DNA of 64,000 nucleotides from TPA_inf: Saccharomyces (taxonomy: Eukaryota), in assembly GCA_000146045.2 (NCBI GenBank), contig BK006941.2:1026941-1090940 (forward strand). The letters run 5' to 3'. Positions 23,019-33,717 of the stretch are shown piece by piece. Within the stretch, counting starts at the first letter, position 1; each line of letters begins with the position of its first letter. The notes beneath the pieces are model-generated. The model did not search any database. It worked only from the letters and a program-made list of their open reading frames with translations, and was not told the origin of the DNA. Both the position numbers and the translations under genes were made by a program.

Positions 23019-23969
23019 ATTTTTCTAGTTTGCTTTTCGGTATGGCTTGCTAGTATATAAACGATTGTAGATGTAAAAGAATGACTTAGTTGGATTTAGT
23101 TAGATATCTAGCTGGACCTTTGTGTAAACACTATTAAAAGAATAGAATAAGGGCTAAAAGAACTACTAAACAGAAAACAATTATGACAGAAGATAAAGAA
23201 TACATATCTATTAGTTTTATAAAACAGAGATCTTCTCCTCGAGGAATGGGAGAAAACAGAAAAAAAAAAACAAAAACAACGGTGCCGTTTTTGAAACAAC
23301 ACCACAAGAGAAAATTTCTGAAAAAAATGCGCGTGAAAAGGAATCATGTGCCTATTTTCCTCATTTGGAGAGGCTAAACGAAAAGGGAAAAGAGGTGCGT
23401 TGCGCGTGTTTCTAGGGAGAAGATCCTATTGCAGCAGGGTGTCGCGCGAAAAGCGGTGCCTACAAATTACAAAACCCTCTGGGAAATGACCGTGCAGGGT
23501 CGTTTGTGGATGCATCTCGATTAGGCCGGGCTAGGCATCTTGATTCTTTCCCAAAATGGAGTTAACGAGCTCGATTGGGCGTTAATTGATGGATTTGGTT
23601 ACACTGATACGAATTGAGCCCGTTTATCATTCATGCAGCGGCTTTATGGAGGGTGTGGAAGACGTTAGCGATGTTATGCTTTCCACTTGCTCTACTATCT
23701 TCCATCAAACCCACCTAATAAAGCTGAAGGTTTTGCAGGGGCAGAAGTCGTGGCGCAATAAGTTCAATAAATACTTATAATATTACTTACTAGTTTAATC
23801 ATGTATGTAAAAACTCGTTGCGGTATGCTGTCGTACTGGCACACATTTTTTTTTTTCATTTTTATTTGCTTTTTTCTTTGGCACCGGGGAAGAATTTTTC
23901 CCCACTCTATATATCTTGCTGCGTGTGCAGACTGGCCAGCTGCTCACACAATGAAACGCAATGGAATGT

Positions 23970-24785
23970 TTAGTCGTTTGTTATCATAAAGATCTCATTC
24001 AGTGCCTTGGAGTCCATCAACGCGGCCCTCTTTTGTTTTATCCATTTGGAGCGCACCGATAGTCTTGTGTTTACCGCATCGGGGATATTGGATGCAGATT
24101 CACTAGATTTTAATTTTGACGTCTTTTTCGTTTCTTTGGTCTTTTCCGCCCTTTTTTCCTTCTTCAATCTCTTCTCTTCCTTTTTATGTTTCTTATGCTC
24201 CTTTTTGTCCTTCTTGTCTTTTTTCTTGTCTTTCTTATGCTTTTTGTGCTTCTTGTGCTTCTTTTTATCACTGTCTTTATCCTCTTTGTCGTCATCATCT
24301 TCATCTTCGCTATCGTCTCCTTCCCTCTTTCGTTTCTTCGCGTTGGAGTAATTTCTTAACTTGTGAGTCTTTGGATCCCACGTGCTTGCTAAAACTTCAC
24401 CCTTCACAAAATGGATACCCCATTTTCCGTCAATAATCTTCTGCTTTCTCTGCGTGTCCAATTCCTCTGATATTTTGCTTTCCTTTCCGTTCAGCCTACC
24501 AAGAATTCGCTGGAAGACATCCAACCCTGCGCATTCACCATTATCAAACTCGTCTTTTTTGTCTTTACGTTTTAATTTAGCACCGAGCCCAACGTTGTCG
24601 TCCTTAATTGACACTTTGATATGCGAAGTGTTCGAATTCATGGGGGATAACCCCAGACCCATACCGGGTTTCCATCCAAACTTTTCTAGAAATTGGTGCC
24701 CGAATCTCGAGGTGTCGTTACTCCATGCCGTATTTCTGGGGTCTAAACCAAACCGCTGTTTGGTTCTTGTAGCTGCCAAACCCAT
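23970..24785 (-). CDS. PXR1: G-patch nucleolar protein with lysine-rich KK(E/D) tail (Pxr1/Gno1)
   Basis: 271 aa. G-patch FGHQFLEKFGWKPGMGLG near the N-terminus. Low-complexity tail KKHKKHKKHKKDKKKDKKDKKEHKKHKKEEK. Confidence 0.88.
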   Translation of the reverse strand: MGLAATRTKQRFGLDPRNTAWSNDTSRFGHQFLEKFGWKPGMGLGLSPMNSNTSHIKVSIKDDNVGLGAKLKRKDKKDEFDNGECAGLDVFQRILGRLNGKESKISEELDTQRKQKIIDGKWGIHFVKGEVLASTWDPKTHKLRNYSNAKKRKREGDDSEDEDDDDKEDKDSDKKKHKKHKKHKKDKKKDKKDKKEHKKHKKEEKRLKKEKRAEKTKETKKTSKLKSSESASNIPDAVNTRLSVRSKWIKQKRAALMDSKALNEIFMITND

Positions 24786-24873
24786 TCTGCTTCTTTGTTT
24801 AATGGTGTAAGCTGCCTATATGTTACTATTGAGTACTCATCTCATCGCTTCTTTCAGAACAAAATTTTTCATA

Positions 24874-24909
24874 TTTTTTTTTTTTCCTTTTCTTTTTTTT
24901 TTTTTCTTT
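24874..24909. promoter_or_regulatory. Poly(dT)/T-rich tract in the divergent PXR1-YOR1 promoter
   Basis: TTTTTTTTTTTCCTTTTCTTTTTTTTTTTTTCTTTG. Poly(dA:dT) tracts of this kind exclude nucleosomes in yeast promoters. Confidence 0.6.
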
Positions 24910-25482
24910 GACTGTTACCCGGTTGTTTATATTTGTAGGAAAACAACAACGACAGAGAAAATATCCTTGCAGTGGCGGCTAATTTGTTAGTTGACTGATT
25001 GATCACCTTCACTTATTAAAGTAAAATCAGCATACAAGAGATCAGAAGGGAGAAAGAGAGTGGGCAAGGCTATAGTACTTTGAAGAAAGCATCTTTGAAC
25101 CGACCAGTTCTCTTCACAAGCAAAATCTATATGACTAACCGCAAGGGGCAAAGGGTTGTGAGAGGGCCCGTCTTTCTCCCGCTATAGCCGTCACTGGTAT
25201 CCCTCCTGGCTGCACAAATCCGATAGAAAGGGGAAGAAGGAAGTTTAGTGCCACCTTATAGCACGCAGTTACTGTTTACGCTAAGGAGAGGCATACTCAA
25301 TTTTTATTAGTCGCCTTCTTTAGTTGCTGCGTTTTTATCCACGGTTCTCTACTAAATGCTTGCGATAAGCGCTTCTATTTTCCTCCCCACCGCGAGGCGG
25401 AAATGGCACATTTTTTTTCTTTTGCTTCTGTGCTTTTGTTGTAATTTTTGGCATGTGCTATTGTATGAAGATAACGCGTGGT

Positions 25483-25490
25483 TCCGTGGA
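25483..25490 (+). promoter_or_regulatory. Pdr1/Pdr3 response element (PDRE) upstream of YOR1
   Basis: Perfect TCCGTGGA octamer about 400 bp upstream of the YOR1 ATG. A 7/8 variant TCCACGGT sits at about 25343. YOR1 is a known Pdr1/Pdr3 target. Confidence 0.55.
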
Positions 25491-25883
25491 AATAGCCGGA
25501 AATTTTGCCGGGAATATGACGGACATGATTTAACACCCGTGGAAATGAAAAAAGCCAAGGTAAGAAAGTGGCAATATTTTTCCTACAAATAGATCTGCTG
25601 TCCCTTAAATGATTACCATACATATATATATTTATTACACATCTGTCAGAGGTAGCTAGCGAAGGTGTCACTGAAATATTTTTTGTTCCAGTTAGTATAA
25701 ATACGGAGGTAGAACAGCTCTCCGCGTGTATATCTTTTTTTGCGCTATACAAGAACAGGAAGAACGCATTTCCATACCTTTTTCTCCTTACAGGTGCCCT
25801 CTGAGTAGTGTCACGAACGAGGAAAAAGATTAATATTACTGTTTTTATATTCAAAAAGAGTAAAGCCGTTGCTATATACGAAT

Positions 25884-28800
25884 ATGACGATTACCGTGGG
25901 GGATGCAGTTTCGGAGACGGAGCTGGAAAACAAAAGTCAAAACGTGGTACTATCTCCCAAGGCATCTGCTTCTTCAGACATAAGCACAGATGTTGATAAG
26001 GACACATCGTCTTCTTGGGATGACAAATCTTTGCTGCCTACAGGTGAATATATTGTGGACAGAAATAAGCCCCAAACCTACTTGAATAGCGATGATATCG
26101 AAAAAGTGACAGAATCTGATATTTTCCCTCAGAAACGTCTGTTTTCATTCTTGCACTCTAAGAAAATTCCAGAAGTACCACAAACCGATGACGAGAGGAA
26201 GATATATCCTCTGTTCCATACAAATATTATCTCTAACATGTTTTTTTGGTGGGTTCTACCCATCCTGCGAGTTGGTTATAAGAGAACGATACAGCCGAAC
26301 GATCTCTTCAAAATGGATCCGAGGATGTCTATAGAGACCCTTTATGACGACTTTGAAAAAAACATGATTTACTATTTTGAGAAGACGAGGAAAAAATACC
26401 GTAAAAGACATCCAGAAGCGACAGAAGAAGAGGTTATGGAAAATGCCAAACTACCTAAACATACAGTTCTGAGAGCTTTATTATTCACTTTTAAGAAACA
26501 GTACTTCATGTCGATAGTGTTTGCAATTCTCGCTAATTGTACATCCGGTTTTAACCCCATGATTACCAAGAGGCTAATTGAGTTTGTCGAAGAAAAGGCT
26601 ATTTTTCATAGCATGCATGTTAACAAAGGTATTGGTTACGCTATTGGTGCATGTTTGATGATGTTCGTTAACGGGTTGACGTTCAACCATTTCTTTCATA
26701 CATCCCAACTGACTGGTGTGCAAGCTAAGTCTATTCTTACTAAAGCTGCCATGAAGAAAATGTTTAATGCATCTAATTATGCGAGACATTGTTTTCCTAA
26801 CGGTAAAGTGACTTCTTTTGTAACAACAGATCTCGCTAGAATTGAATTTGCCTTATCTTTTCAGCCGTTTTTGGCTGGGTTCCCTGCAATTTTGGCTATT
26901 TGCATTGTTTTATTGATCGTTAACCTTGGACCCATTGCCTTAGTTGGGATTGGTATTTTTTTCGGTGGGTTTTTCATATCCTTATTTGCATTTAAGTTAA
27001 TTCTGGGCTTTAGAATTGCTGCGAACATCTTCACTGATGCTAGAGTTACCATGATGAGAGAAGTGCTGAATAATATAAAAATGATTAAATATTATACGTG
27101 GGAGGATGCGTATGAAAAAAATATTCAAGATATTAGGACCAAAGAGATTTCTAAAGTTAGAAAAATGCAACTATCAAGAAATTTCTTGATTGCTATGGCC
27201 ATGTCTTTGCCTAGTATTGCTTCATTGGTCACTTTCCTTGCAATGTACAAAGTTAATAAAGGAGGCAGGCAACCTGGTAATATTTTTGCCTCTTTATCTT
27301 TATTTCAGGTCTTGAGTTTGCAAATGTTTTTCTTACCTATTGCTATTGGTACTGGAATTGACATGATCATTGGATTGGGCCGTTTGCAAAGCTTATTGGA
27401 GGCTCCAGAAGATGATCCAAATCAGATGATTGAAATGAAGCCTTCTCCTGGCTTTGATCCAAAATTGGCTTTAAAAATGACACATTGCTCATTTGAGTGG
27501 GAAGATTATGAATTAAACGACGCTATTGAAGAAGCAAAAGGAGAAGCTAAAGATGAAGGTAAAAAGAACAAAAAAAAGCGTAAGGATACATGGGGTAAGC
27601 CATCTGCAAGTACTAATAAGGCGAAAAGATTGGACAATATGTTGAAAGACAGAGACGGCCCGGAAGATTTAGAAAAAACTTCGTTTAGGGGTTTCAAGGA
27701 CTTGAACTTCGATATTAAAAAGGGCGAATTTATTATGATTACGGGACCTATTGGTACTGGTAAATCTTCATTATTGAATGCGATGGCAGGATCAATGAGA
27801 AAAACTGATGGTAAGGTTGAAGTCAACGGGGACTTATTAATGTGTGGTTATCCATGGATTCAAAATGCATCTGTAAGAGATAACATCATATTCGGTTCAC
27901 CATTCAATAAAGAAAAGTATGATGAAGTAGTTCGTGTTTGCTCTTTGAAAGCTGATCTGGATATTTTACCGGCAGGCGATATGACCGAAATTGGGGAACG
28001 TGGTATTACTTTATCTGGTGGTCAAAAGGCACGTATCAATTTAGCCAGGTCTGTTTATAAGAAGAAGGATATTTATCTATTCGACGATGTCCTAAGTGCT
28101 GTCGATTCTCGTGTTGGTAAACACATCATGGATGAATGTCTAACCGGAATGCTTGCTAATAAAACCAGAATTTTAGCAACGCATCAATTGTCACTGATTG
28201 AGAGAGCTTCTAGAGTCATCGTTTTAGGTACTGATGGCCAAGTCGATATTGGTACTGTTGATGAGCTAAAAGCTCGTAATCAAACTTTGATAAATCTTTT
28301 ACAATTCTCTTCTCAAAATTCGGAGAAAGAGGATGAAGAACAGGAAGCGGTTGTTGCCGGTGAATTGGGACAACTAAAATATGAATCAGAGGTAAAGGAA
28401 TTGACTGAACTGAAGAAAAAGGCTACAGAAATGTCACAAACTGCAAATAGTGGTAAAATTGTAGCGGATGGTCATACTAGTAGTAAAGAAGAAAGAGCAG
28501 TCAATAGTATCAGTCTGAAAATATACCGTGAATACATTAAAGCTGCAGTAGGTAAGTGGGGTTTTATCGCACTACCGTTGTATGCAATTTTAGTCGTTGG
28601 AACCACATTCTGCTCACTTTTTTCTTCCGTTTGGTTATCTTACTGGACTGAGAATAAATTCAAAAACAGACCACCCAGTTTTTATATGGGTCTTTACTCC
28701 TTCTTTGTGTTTGCTGCTTTCATATTCATGAATGGCCAGTTCACCATACTTTGCGCAATGGGTATTATGGCATCGAAATGGTTAAATTTGAGGGCTGTGA

Positions 28801-30317
28801 AAAGAATTTTACACACTCCAATGTCATACATAGATACCACACCTTTGGGACGTATTCTGAACAGATTCACAAAAGATACAGATAGCTTAGATAATGAGTT
28901 AACCGAAAGTTTACGGTTGATGACATCTCAATTTGCTAATATTGTAGGTGTTTGCGTCATGTGTATTGTTTACTTGCCGTGGTTTGCTATCGCAATTCCG
29001 TTTCTTTTGGTCATCTTTGTTCTGATTGCTGATCATTATCAGAGTTCTGGTAGAGAAATTAAAAGACTTGAAGCTGTGCAACGGTCTTTTGTTTACAATA
29101 ATTTAAATGAAGTTTTGGGTGGGATGGATACAATCAAAGCATACCGAAGTCAGGAACGATTTTTGGCGAAATCAGATTTTTTGATCAACAAGATGAATGA
29201 GGCGGGATACCTTGTAGTTGTCCTGCAAAGATGGGTAGGTATTTTCCTTGATATGGTTGCTATCGCATTTGCACTAATTATTACGTTATTGTGTGTTACG
29301 AGAGCCTTTCCTATTTCCGCGGCTTCAGTTGGTGTTTTGTTGACTTATGTATTACAATTGCCTGGTCTATTAAATACCATTTTAAGGGCAATGACTCAAA
29401 CAGAGAATGACATGAATAGTGCCGAAAGATTGGTAACATATGCAACTGAACTACCACTAGAGGCATCCTATAGAAAGCCCGAAATGACACCTCCAGAGTC
29501 ATGGCCCTCAATGGGCGAAATAATTTTTGAAAATGTTGATTTTGCCTATAGACCTGGTTTACCTATAGTTTTAAAAAATCTTAACTTGAATATCAAGAGT
29601 GGGGAAAAAATTGGTATCTGTGGTCGTACAGGTGCTGGTAAGTCCACTATTATGAGTGCCCTTTACAGGTTGAATGAATTGACCGCAGGTAAAATTTTAA
29701 TTGACAATGTTGATATAAGTCAGCTGGGACTTTTCGATTTAAGAAGAAAATTAGCCATCATTCCACAAGATCCAGTATTATTTAGGGGTACGATTCGCAA
29801 GAACTTAGATCCATTTAATGAGCGTACAGATGACGAATTATGGGATGCATTGGTGAGAGGTGGTGCTATCGCCAAGGATGACTTGCCGGAAGTGAAATTG
29901 CAAAAACCTGATGAAAATGGTACTCATGGTAAAATGCATAAGTTCCATTTAGATCAAGCAGTGGAAGAAGAGGGCTCCAATTTCTCCTTAGGTGAGAGAC
30001 AACTATTAGCATTAACAAGGGCATTGGTCCGCCAATCAAAAATATTGATTTTGGATGAGGCTACATCCTCAGTGGACTACGAAACGGATGGCAAAATCCA
30101 AACACGTATTGTTGAGGAATTTGGAGATTGTACAATTTTGTGTATTGCTCACAGACTGAAGACCATTGTAAATTATGATCGTATTCTTGTTTTAGAGAAG
30201 GGTGAAGTCGCAGAATTCGATACACCATGGACGTTGTTTAGTCAAGAAGATAGTATTTTCAGAAGCATGTGTTCTAGATCTGGTATTGTGGAAAATGATT
30301 TCGAGAACAGAAGTTAA
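25884..30317 (+). CDS. YOR1: ABCC-family plasma-membrane oligomycin-resistance transporter (Yor1)
   Basis: ORF track starts at a TTG (25869). First in-frame ATG is 25884 (MTITVGDAVSETE), giving 1477 aa as for YOR1. Two TMD-NBD halves. Walker A GPIGTGKSS and GRTGAGKST. ABC signatures LSGGQKARINLAR and FSLGERQLLALTRAL. Confidence 0.93.
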   Translation: MTITVGDAVSETELENKSQNVVLSPKASASSDISTDVDKDTSSSWDDKSLLPTGEYIVDRNKPQTYLNSDDIEKVTESDIFPQKRLFSFLHSKKIPEVPQTDDERKIYPLFHTNIISNMFFWWVLPILRVGYKRTIQPNDLFKMDPRMSIETLYDDFEKNMIYYFEKTRKKYRKRHPEATEEEVMENAKLPKHTVLRALLFTFKKQYFMSIVFAILANCTSGFNPMITKRLIEFVEEKAIFHSMHVNKGIGYAIGACLMMFVNGLTFNHFFHTSQLTGVQAKSILTKAAMKKMFNASNYARHCFPNGKVTSFVTTDLARIEFALSFQPFLAGFPAILAICIVLLIVNLGPIALVGIGIFFGGFFISLFAFKLILGFRIAANIFTDARVTMMREVLNNIKMIKYYTWEDAYEKNIQDIRTKEISKVRKMQLSRNFLIAMAMSLPSIASLVTFLAMYKVNKGGRQPGNIFASLSLFQVLSLQMFFLPIAIGTGIDMIIGLGRLQSLLEAPEDDPNQMIEMKPSPGFDPKLALKMTHCSFEWEDYELNDAIEEAKGEAKDEGKKNKKKRKDTWGKPSASTNKAKRLDNMLKDRDGPEDLEKTSFRGFKDLNFDIKKGEFIMITGPIGTGKSSLLNAMAGSMRKTDGKVEVNGDLLMCGYPWIQNASVRDNIIFGSPFNKEKYDEVVRVCSLKADLDILPAGDMTEIGERGITLSGGQKARINLARSVYKKKDIYLFDDVLSAVDSRVGKHIMDECLTGMLANKTRILATHQLSLIERASRVIVLGTDGQVDIGTVDELKARNQTLINLLQFSSQNSEKEDEEQEAVVAGELGQLKYESEVKELTELKKKATEMSQTANSGKIVADGHTSSKEERAVNSISLKIYREYIKAAVGKWGFIALPLYAILVVGTTFCSLFSSVWLSYWTENKFKNRPPSFYMGLYSFFVFAAFIFMNGQFTILCAMGIMASKWLNLRAVKRILHTPMSYIDTTPLGRILNRFTKDTDSLDNELTESLRLMTSQFANIVGVCVMCIVYLPWFAIAIPFLLVIFVLIADHYQSSGREIKRLEAVQRSFVYNNLNEVLGGMDTIKAYRSQERFLAKSDFLINKMNEAGYLVVVLQRWVGIFLDMVAIAFALIITLLCVTRAFPISAASVGVLLTYVLQLPGLLNTILRAMTQTENDMNSAERLVTYATELPLEASYRKPEMTPPESWPSMGEIIFENVDFAYRPGLPIVLKNLNLNIKSGEKIGICGRTGAGKSTIMSALYRLNELTAGKILIDNVDISQLGLFDLRRKLAIIPQDPVLFRGTIRKNLDPFNERTDDELWDALVRGGAIAKDDLPEVKLQKPDENGTHGKMHKFHLDQAVEEEGSNFSLGERQLLALTRALVRQSKILILDEATSSVDYETDGKIQTRIVEEFGDCTILCIAHRLKTIVNYDRILVLEKGEVAEFDTPWTLFSQEDSIFRSMCSRSGIVENDFENRS

Positions 30318-30842
30318 TTTATATTATTTGTTGCATGATTTTTCTCTTTTATTTATTTATATGTTGCCGATGGTACAAATTAGTACTAGAAAAGAAAACC
30401 CACTACTATGACTTGCAGAAAAAGTTATGTGTGCCATAGATAGATATAATTGCATACCCACATTGTATACTCAAAATTCCGAAAAGAACATTTCATTTTT
30501 TATGAGGCAAACTGGACAACGCCTTCGGTCCTTTTTCATTCTAGAAATATATATTTATACATCATTTTCAGAAGATATTCAAAGAACTTATTGGGATGTC
30601 TGTTTACTGAATAAAGTATACACAAAATACGAATTTAAAATGGAAGGCATAAAATAGAAAACTTAGAAGTGAAAATCCTAAAACCGAAGGATATTTCAAA
30701 TACGTAAAAGAAGTGAAAGATAAAATAAAGCCTAAATAAGGAAGAAAAGAAGGGATAACATTTTTTTTTGTTACTTTTTGCTTATTCCTCACCTAAACAG
30801 AAGGAAAAAGCCATTCTTGTTTAAAGAGTATTTTTAAAGCGT

Positions 30843-31784
30843 TCATGAAAAGTCACAGTCCAAGGAGTATTTCAAATTGTCACTTGAAGTGAAAACACCC
30901 CAGTGCTTCTCGACATCAGAGGTACCAGAGGTGTTTGGCTTCCAATCTTCATCAAAGGCTTCAAAAACAATAACGTTAACACCCCAAGCTCTCATGGAAC
31001 AGATACCTTCTTTCCAGAATTGTTTGGCGTTGTCAACAGATGGGTAAGAACTTTCAAAGTTGGTACCATCAGTTGGCCAACCGGTCTCACCAACCCAGAA
31101 GGTAATATCGGTAGAACCTTTAGTAGATTGGATAACCTGTAGAGCTTGCATAATATCATCAAAGAATGAGTAAGAGGCATTTTGCATGGTTTGACCTTGC
31201 CAGTAGGAGAACGCGTTAGCCATAACAAAATCGGAAGCTTCGATAACGGCAGAATTGTAACCAGCAACCAAAACATTCCAGGAATCGACAGTACCGACTT
31301 GCTTACCAGAGTATGACTTTCCGTCAGAATCGGAAATGTCAGCAACGACACTACGGACGTCATTAATTTTGTCTGATAATTGAGAGGCAGTCAAATCGTT
31401 ACGGTATAAGGCTTCAGAACCAACCAAGAAACCAGCAACAGTGGATTCTTTAATTTTTGGCAAATAGGTTTGCAAAGCAGCCTTTTCAGCAGCGTAATGA
31501 CTGTCGTCTGTTGGCCAAACACCGACAAAGATAGTAAATCCCTCAGCTTCAGCAGCAGGACCTAAGTTTTGCAAAGTGTTACAATCTGAGGCAGCGTAAA
31601 CTTTGACGGTGGAAGTGTAGCTCTTCAAAGCTTGTAATTCGGTTTCATAGTCGGAAGTGGACTTACAAGTACCATCGTTGTTCTTGACACCCAAGTTAAA
31701 GGCTAGTTCACCAATAGCTGAAACTTGGGAGGCTGTGAAAAATAGCGCAGTAGCTGCAGTAGCGAGTGTAGTAGAGAAACGCAT
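30843..31784 (-). CDS. BGL2: Cell-wall endo-beta-1,3-glucanase, GH17 (Bgl2)
   Basis: 313 aa. Signal peptide MRFSTTLATAATALFFTASQVSA. GH17 nucleophile motif FWVGETGWPT. Confidence 0.9.
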   Translation of the reverse strand: MRFSTTLATAATALFFTASQVSAIGELAFNLGVKNNDGTCKSTSDYETELQALKSYTSTVKVYAASDCNTLQNLGPAAEAEGFTIFVGVWPTDDSHYAAEKAALQTYLPKIKESTVAGFLVGSEALYRNDLTASQLSDKINDVRSVVADISDSDGKSYSGKQVGTVDSWNVLVAGYNSAVIEASDFVMANAFSYWQGQTMQNASYSFFDDIMQALQVIQSTKGSTDITFWVGETGWPTDGTNFESSYPSVDNAKQFWKEGICSMRAWGVNVIVFEAFDEDWKPNTSGTSDVEKHWGVFTSSDNLKYSLDCDFS

Positions 31785-32074
31785 CTTTGACCGTTTTTCT
31801 TTTTGGTTAGTTGTCTATCTCAATAAACTTATATTGAAAAAAACAAGAAGAAGTCCAAATTGTGAATGAGGAAAAGTTTCTTTATAAGGAGGCAGTTAAA
31901 ATCAAAATAAACAAATATCCTCTTGTTTTCTTCGTGACATTTTTCTCTTTTTCAGGGCGAAAAACTGAAAGAAAAATTTTAACGTTTCTTTTACTAAAAA
32001 TAGAACTGCATATCCGTAGAAAACGATGATTATATAACATAAATAGTAATATCAGTTATTAATTGCTATTTATT

Positions 32075-33100
32075 TCAACTTGCCCAACGCTGAAACATGG
32101 TAAGAGCTATGGGTAGGCTATCTTGAATGGGTATATTTCCCTGGGGTACGGAAGCAGGGAATTGCAGTTGACCAGAAAAGTAATGATGCAAAGAAGAGGA
32201 TTCTAAGTCAGATCTCCTGAAACAACGTTTTAAATGGCCCCATTTCCCGAAGATAAGCAGGATATTACAGGGTTTTTCTGATGTTGAACTTTTTTTCAGT
32301 TTTGCGATGTATGGTAGCTTTGTTTCTACCTTGTGGTACTTTGACAACTCTTCGTCGTAGTGGAAGTCACCACTGTTGACCCAAACGATCTTTGTGTAAC
32401 CTTCGGACACCTCATTCAAAGTGCTTGCCATTCGAACATGATAGCCGAGTGGTTTTCCTTTGTAAGCATCTATGGGTGACACTACTTCTTTGCGCTCTGT
32501 ATCAACTGTTACACGCGCAGTATTGGGAATATTTTGGTTAGATAACGTAATAATTTGATTCTTTCCTATATACACCAAATTTGTTAGAGCATCATCAGAT
32601 TTACCTTTTGAGCTATCTCGTGCGATTGATAAGCCTTCCTTGTAGTGTTGTTCGGCAGATGCGTTCATAAAAGGTAGCTGGTTCAATGGCGGAAAGGTAG
32701 ATGCACACTTTAAATATAACTTGTTTTTTTTTTTGAATGTAGTATCCAGTAAGTTTGGAGGCGTTACAAAATATTGTAATAGTGTGGCAAGTAATAAACA
32801 ATCAGAGATAGTCTCCTTTGATCTTGATTTTTTTTCATGCTTTTTATCTTTTGACTGGTCTAGAACTATGATTTCTTGAACATTGAACAATACAGCTGTC
32901 CGAGCTATTTGATATGCAGTAAATGTAACTTGCTCCAAATTATTACAATTGTCGATAACAGTTGTCGGTATGCATATGGAATATTTGACCACATTAGATT
33001 CTATATCCATGATTTTTTTTAGCTTCAATAGGCCTGTCTTTGCCTTTTTGGCAGCCCCCTCTTCGTGCTTAAGGCTCTCGGATTTATGTTTTACTGCCAT
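32075..33100 (-). CDS. YGR283C: Uncharacterised putative SPOUT-family methyltransferase (YGR283C)
   Basis: 341 aa ORF. Position and length match YGR283C, paralogue of YMR310C. No motif verified by eye. Confidence 0.6.
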   Translation of the reverse strand: MAVKHKSESLKHEEGAAKKAKTGLLKLKKIMDIESNVVKYSICIPTTVIDNCNNLEQVTFTAYQIARTAVLFNVQEIIVLDQSKDKKHEKKSRSKETISDCLLLATLLQYFVTPPNLLDTTFKKKNKLYLKCASTFPPLNQLPFMNASAEQHYKEGLSIARDSSKGKSDDALTNLVYIGKNQIITLSNQNIPNTARVTVDTERKEVVSPIDAYKGKPLGYHVRMASTLNEVSEGYTKIVWVNSGDFHYDEELSKYHKVETKLPYIAKLKKSSTSEKPCNILLIFGKWGHLKRCFRRSDLESSSLHHYFSGQLQFPASVPQGNIPIQDSLPIALTMFQRWAS

Positions 33101-33717
33101 CTTCCCCTATTATGCTACACTTCCCTTGGTAGATGTGTTTCACCTCATTGGTATCAATTACCTCCTCTACTTAATATCCCAATTTCAACATGGTGTTTTC
33201 AAGCGATGAGGTGGAAAAAATTTCAAATAATATGTTTGGGTGTGCCCATTATTGCGGTTTACAATAGTTGCTAAAGAGCTATTTATTAGGAATTTTTAAA
33301 CTTTAGAGATTGCTTAAAGCGACTTTAAAGCGTTTCTTTGGAAAGATAGGAGAGCGGATGCTATCTCAAGAGCATCTCTTCAATGATTTAAGCAGTGACA
33401 GTGTAAAACAATTACGGACCAACGAAAATGGTCAAATCAAAACTAATTACAATAAATAAGTTCTATCATAATACAAGGGAATTCTGTGCGATATAACCAC
33501 ATTGATTGAAGGTAGAATATACAAGCCAACGTGAGACCAATCAAATTTCGTTAAGTGCGCCTATACAAAAAGAAATCTTTTATGTAGATATGACAGTAAG
33601 AAAAGTATATATGTGAGCTAGCAGGGTATTGAAAGCGATCACAAGAAGGCAAAACGAAATAGATTGTTAGAAGATGAGTGAACAGAAGGGACATAAAGAA
33701 AAGATTTCCTTTACAAT

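Noticed and set aside
24007-24810. Three plus-strand ORFs (114, 106, 142 aa) antisense to PXR1
   Set aside because: Low-complexity Ser/Leu/Phe reading frames generated by the antisense of the lysine-codon-rich PXR1 tail. Compositional artefact.
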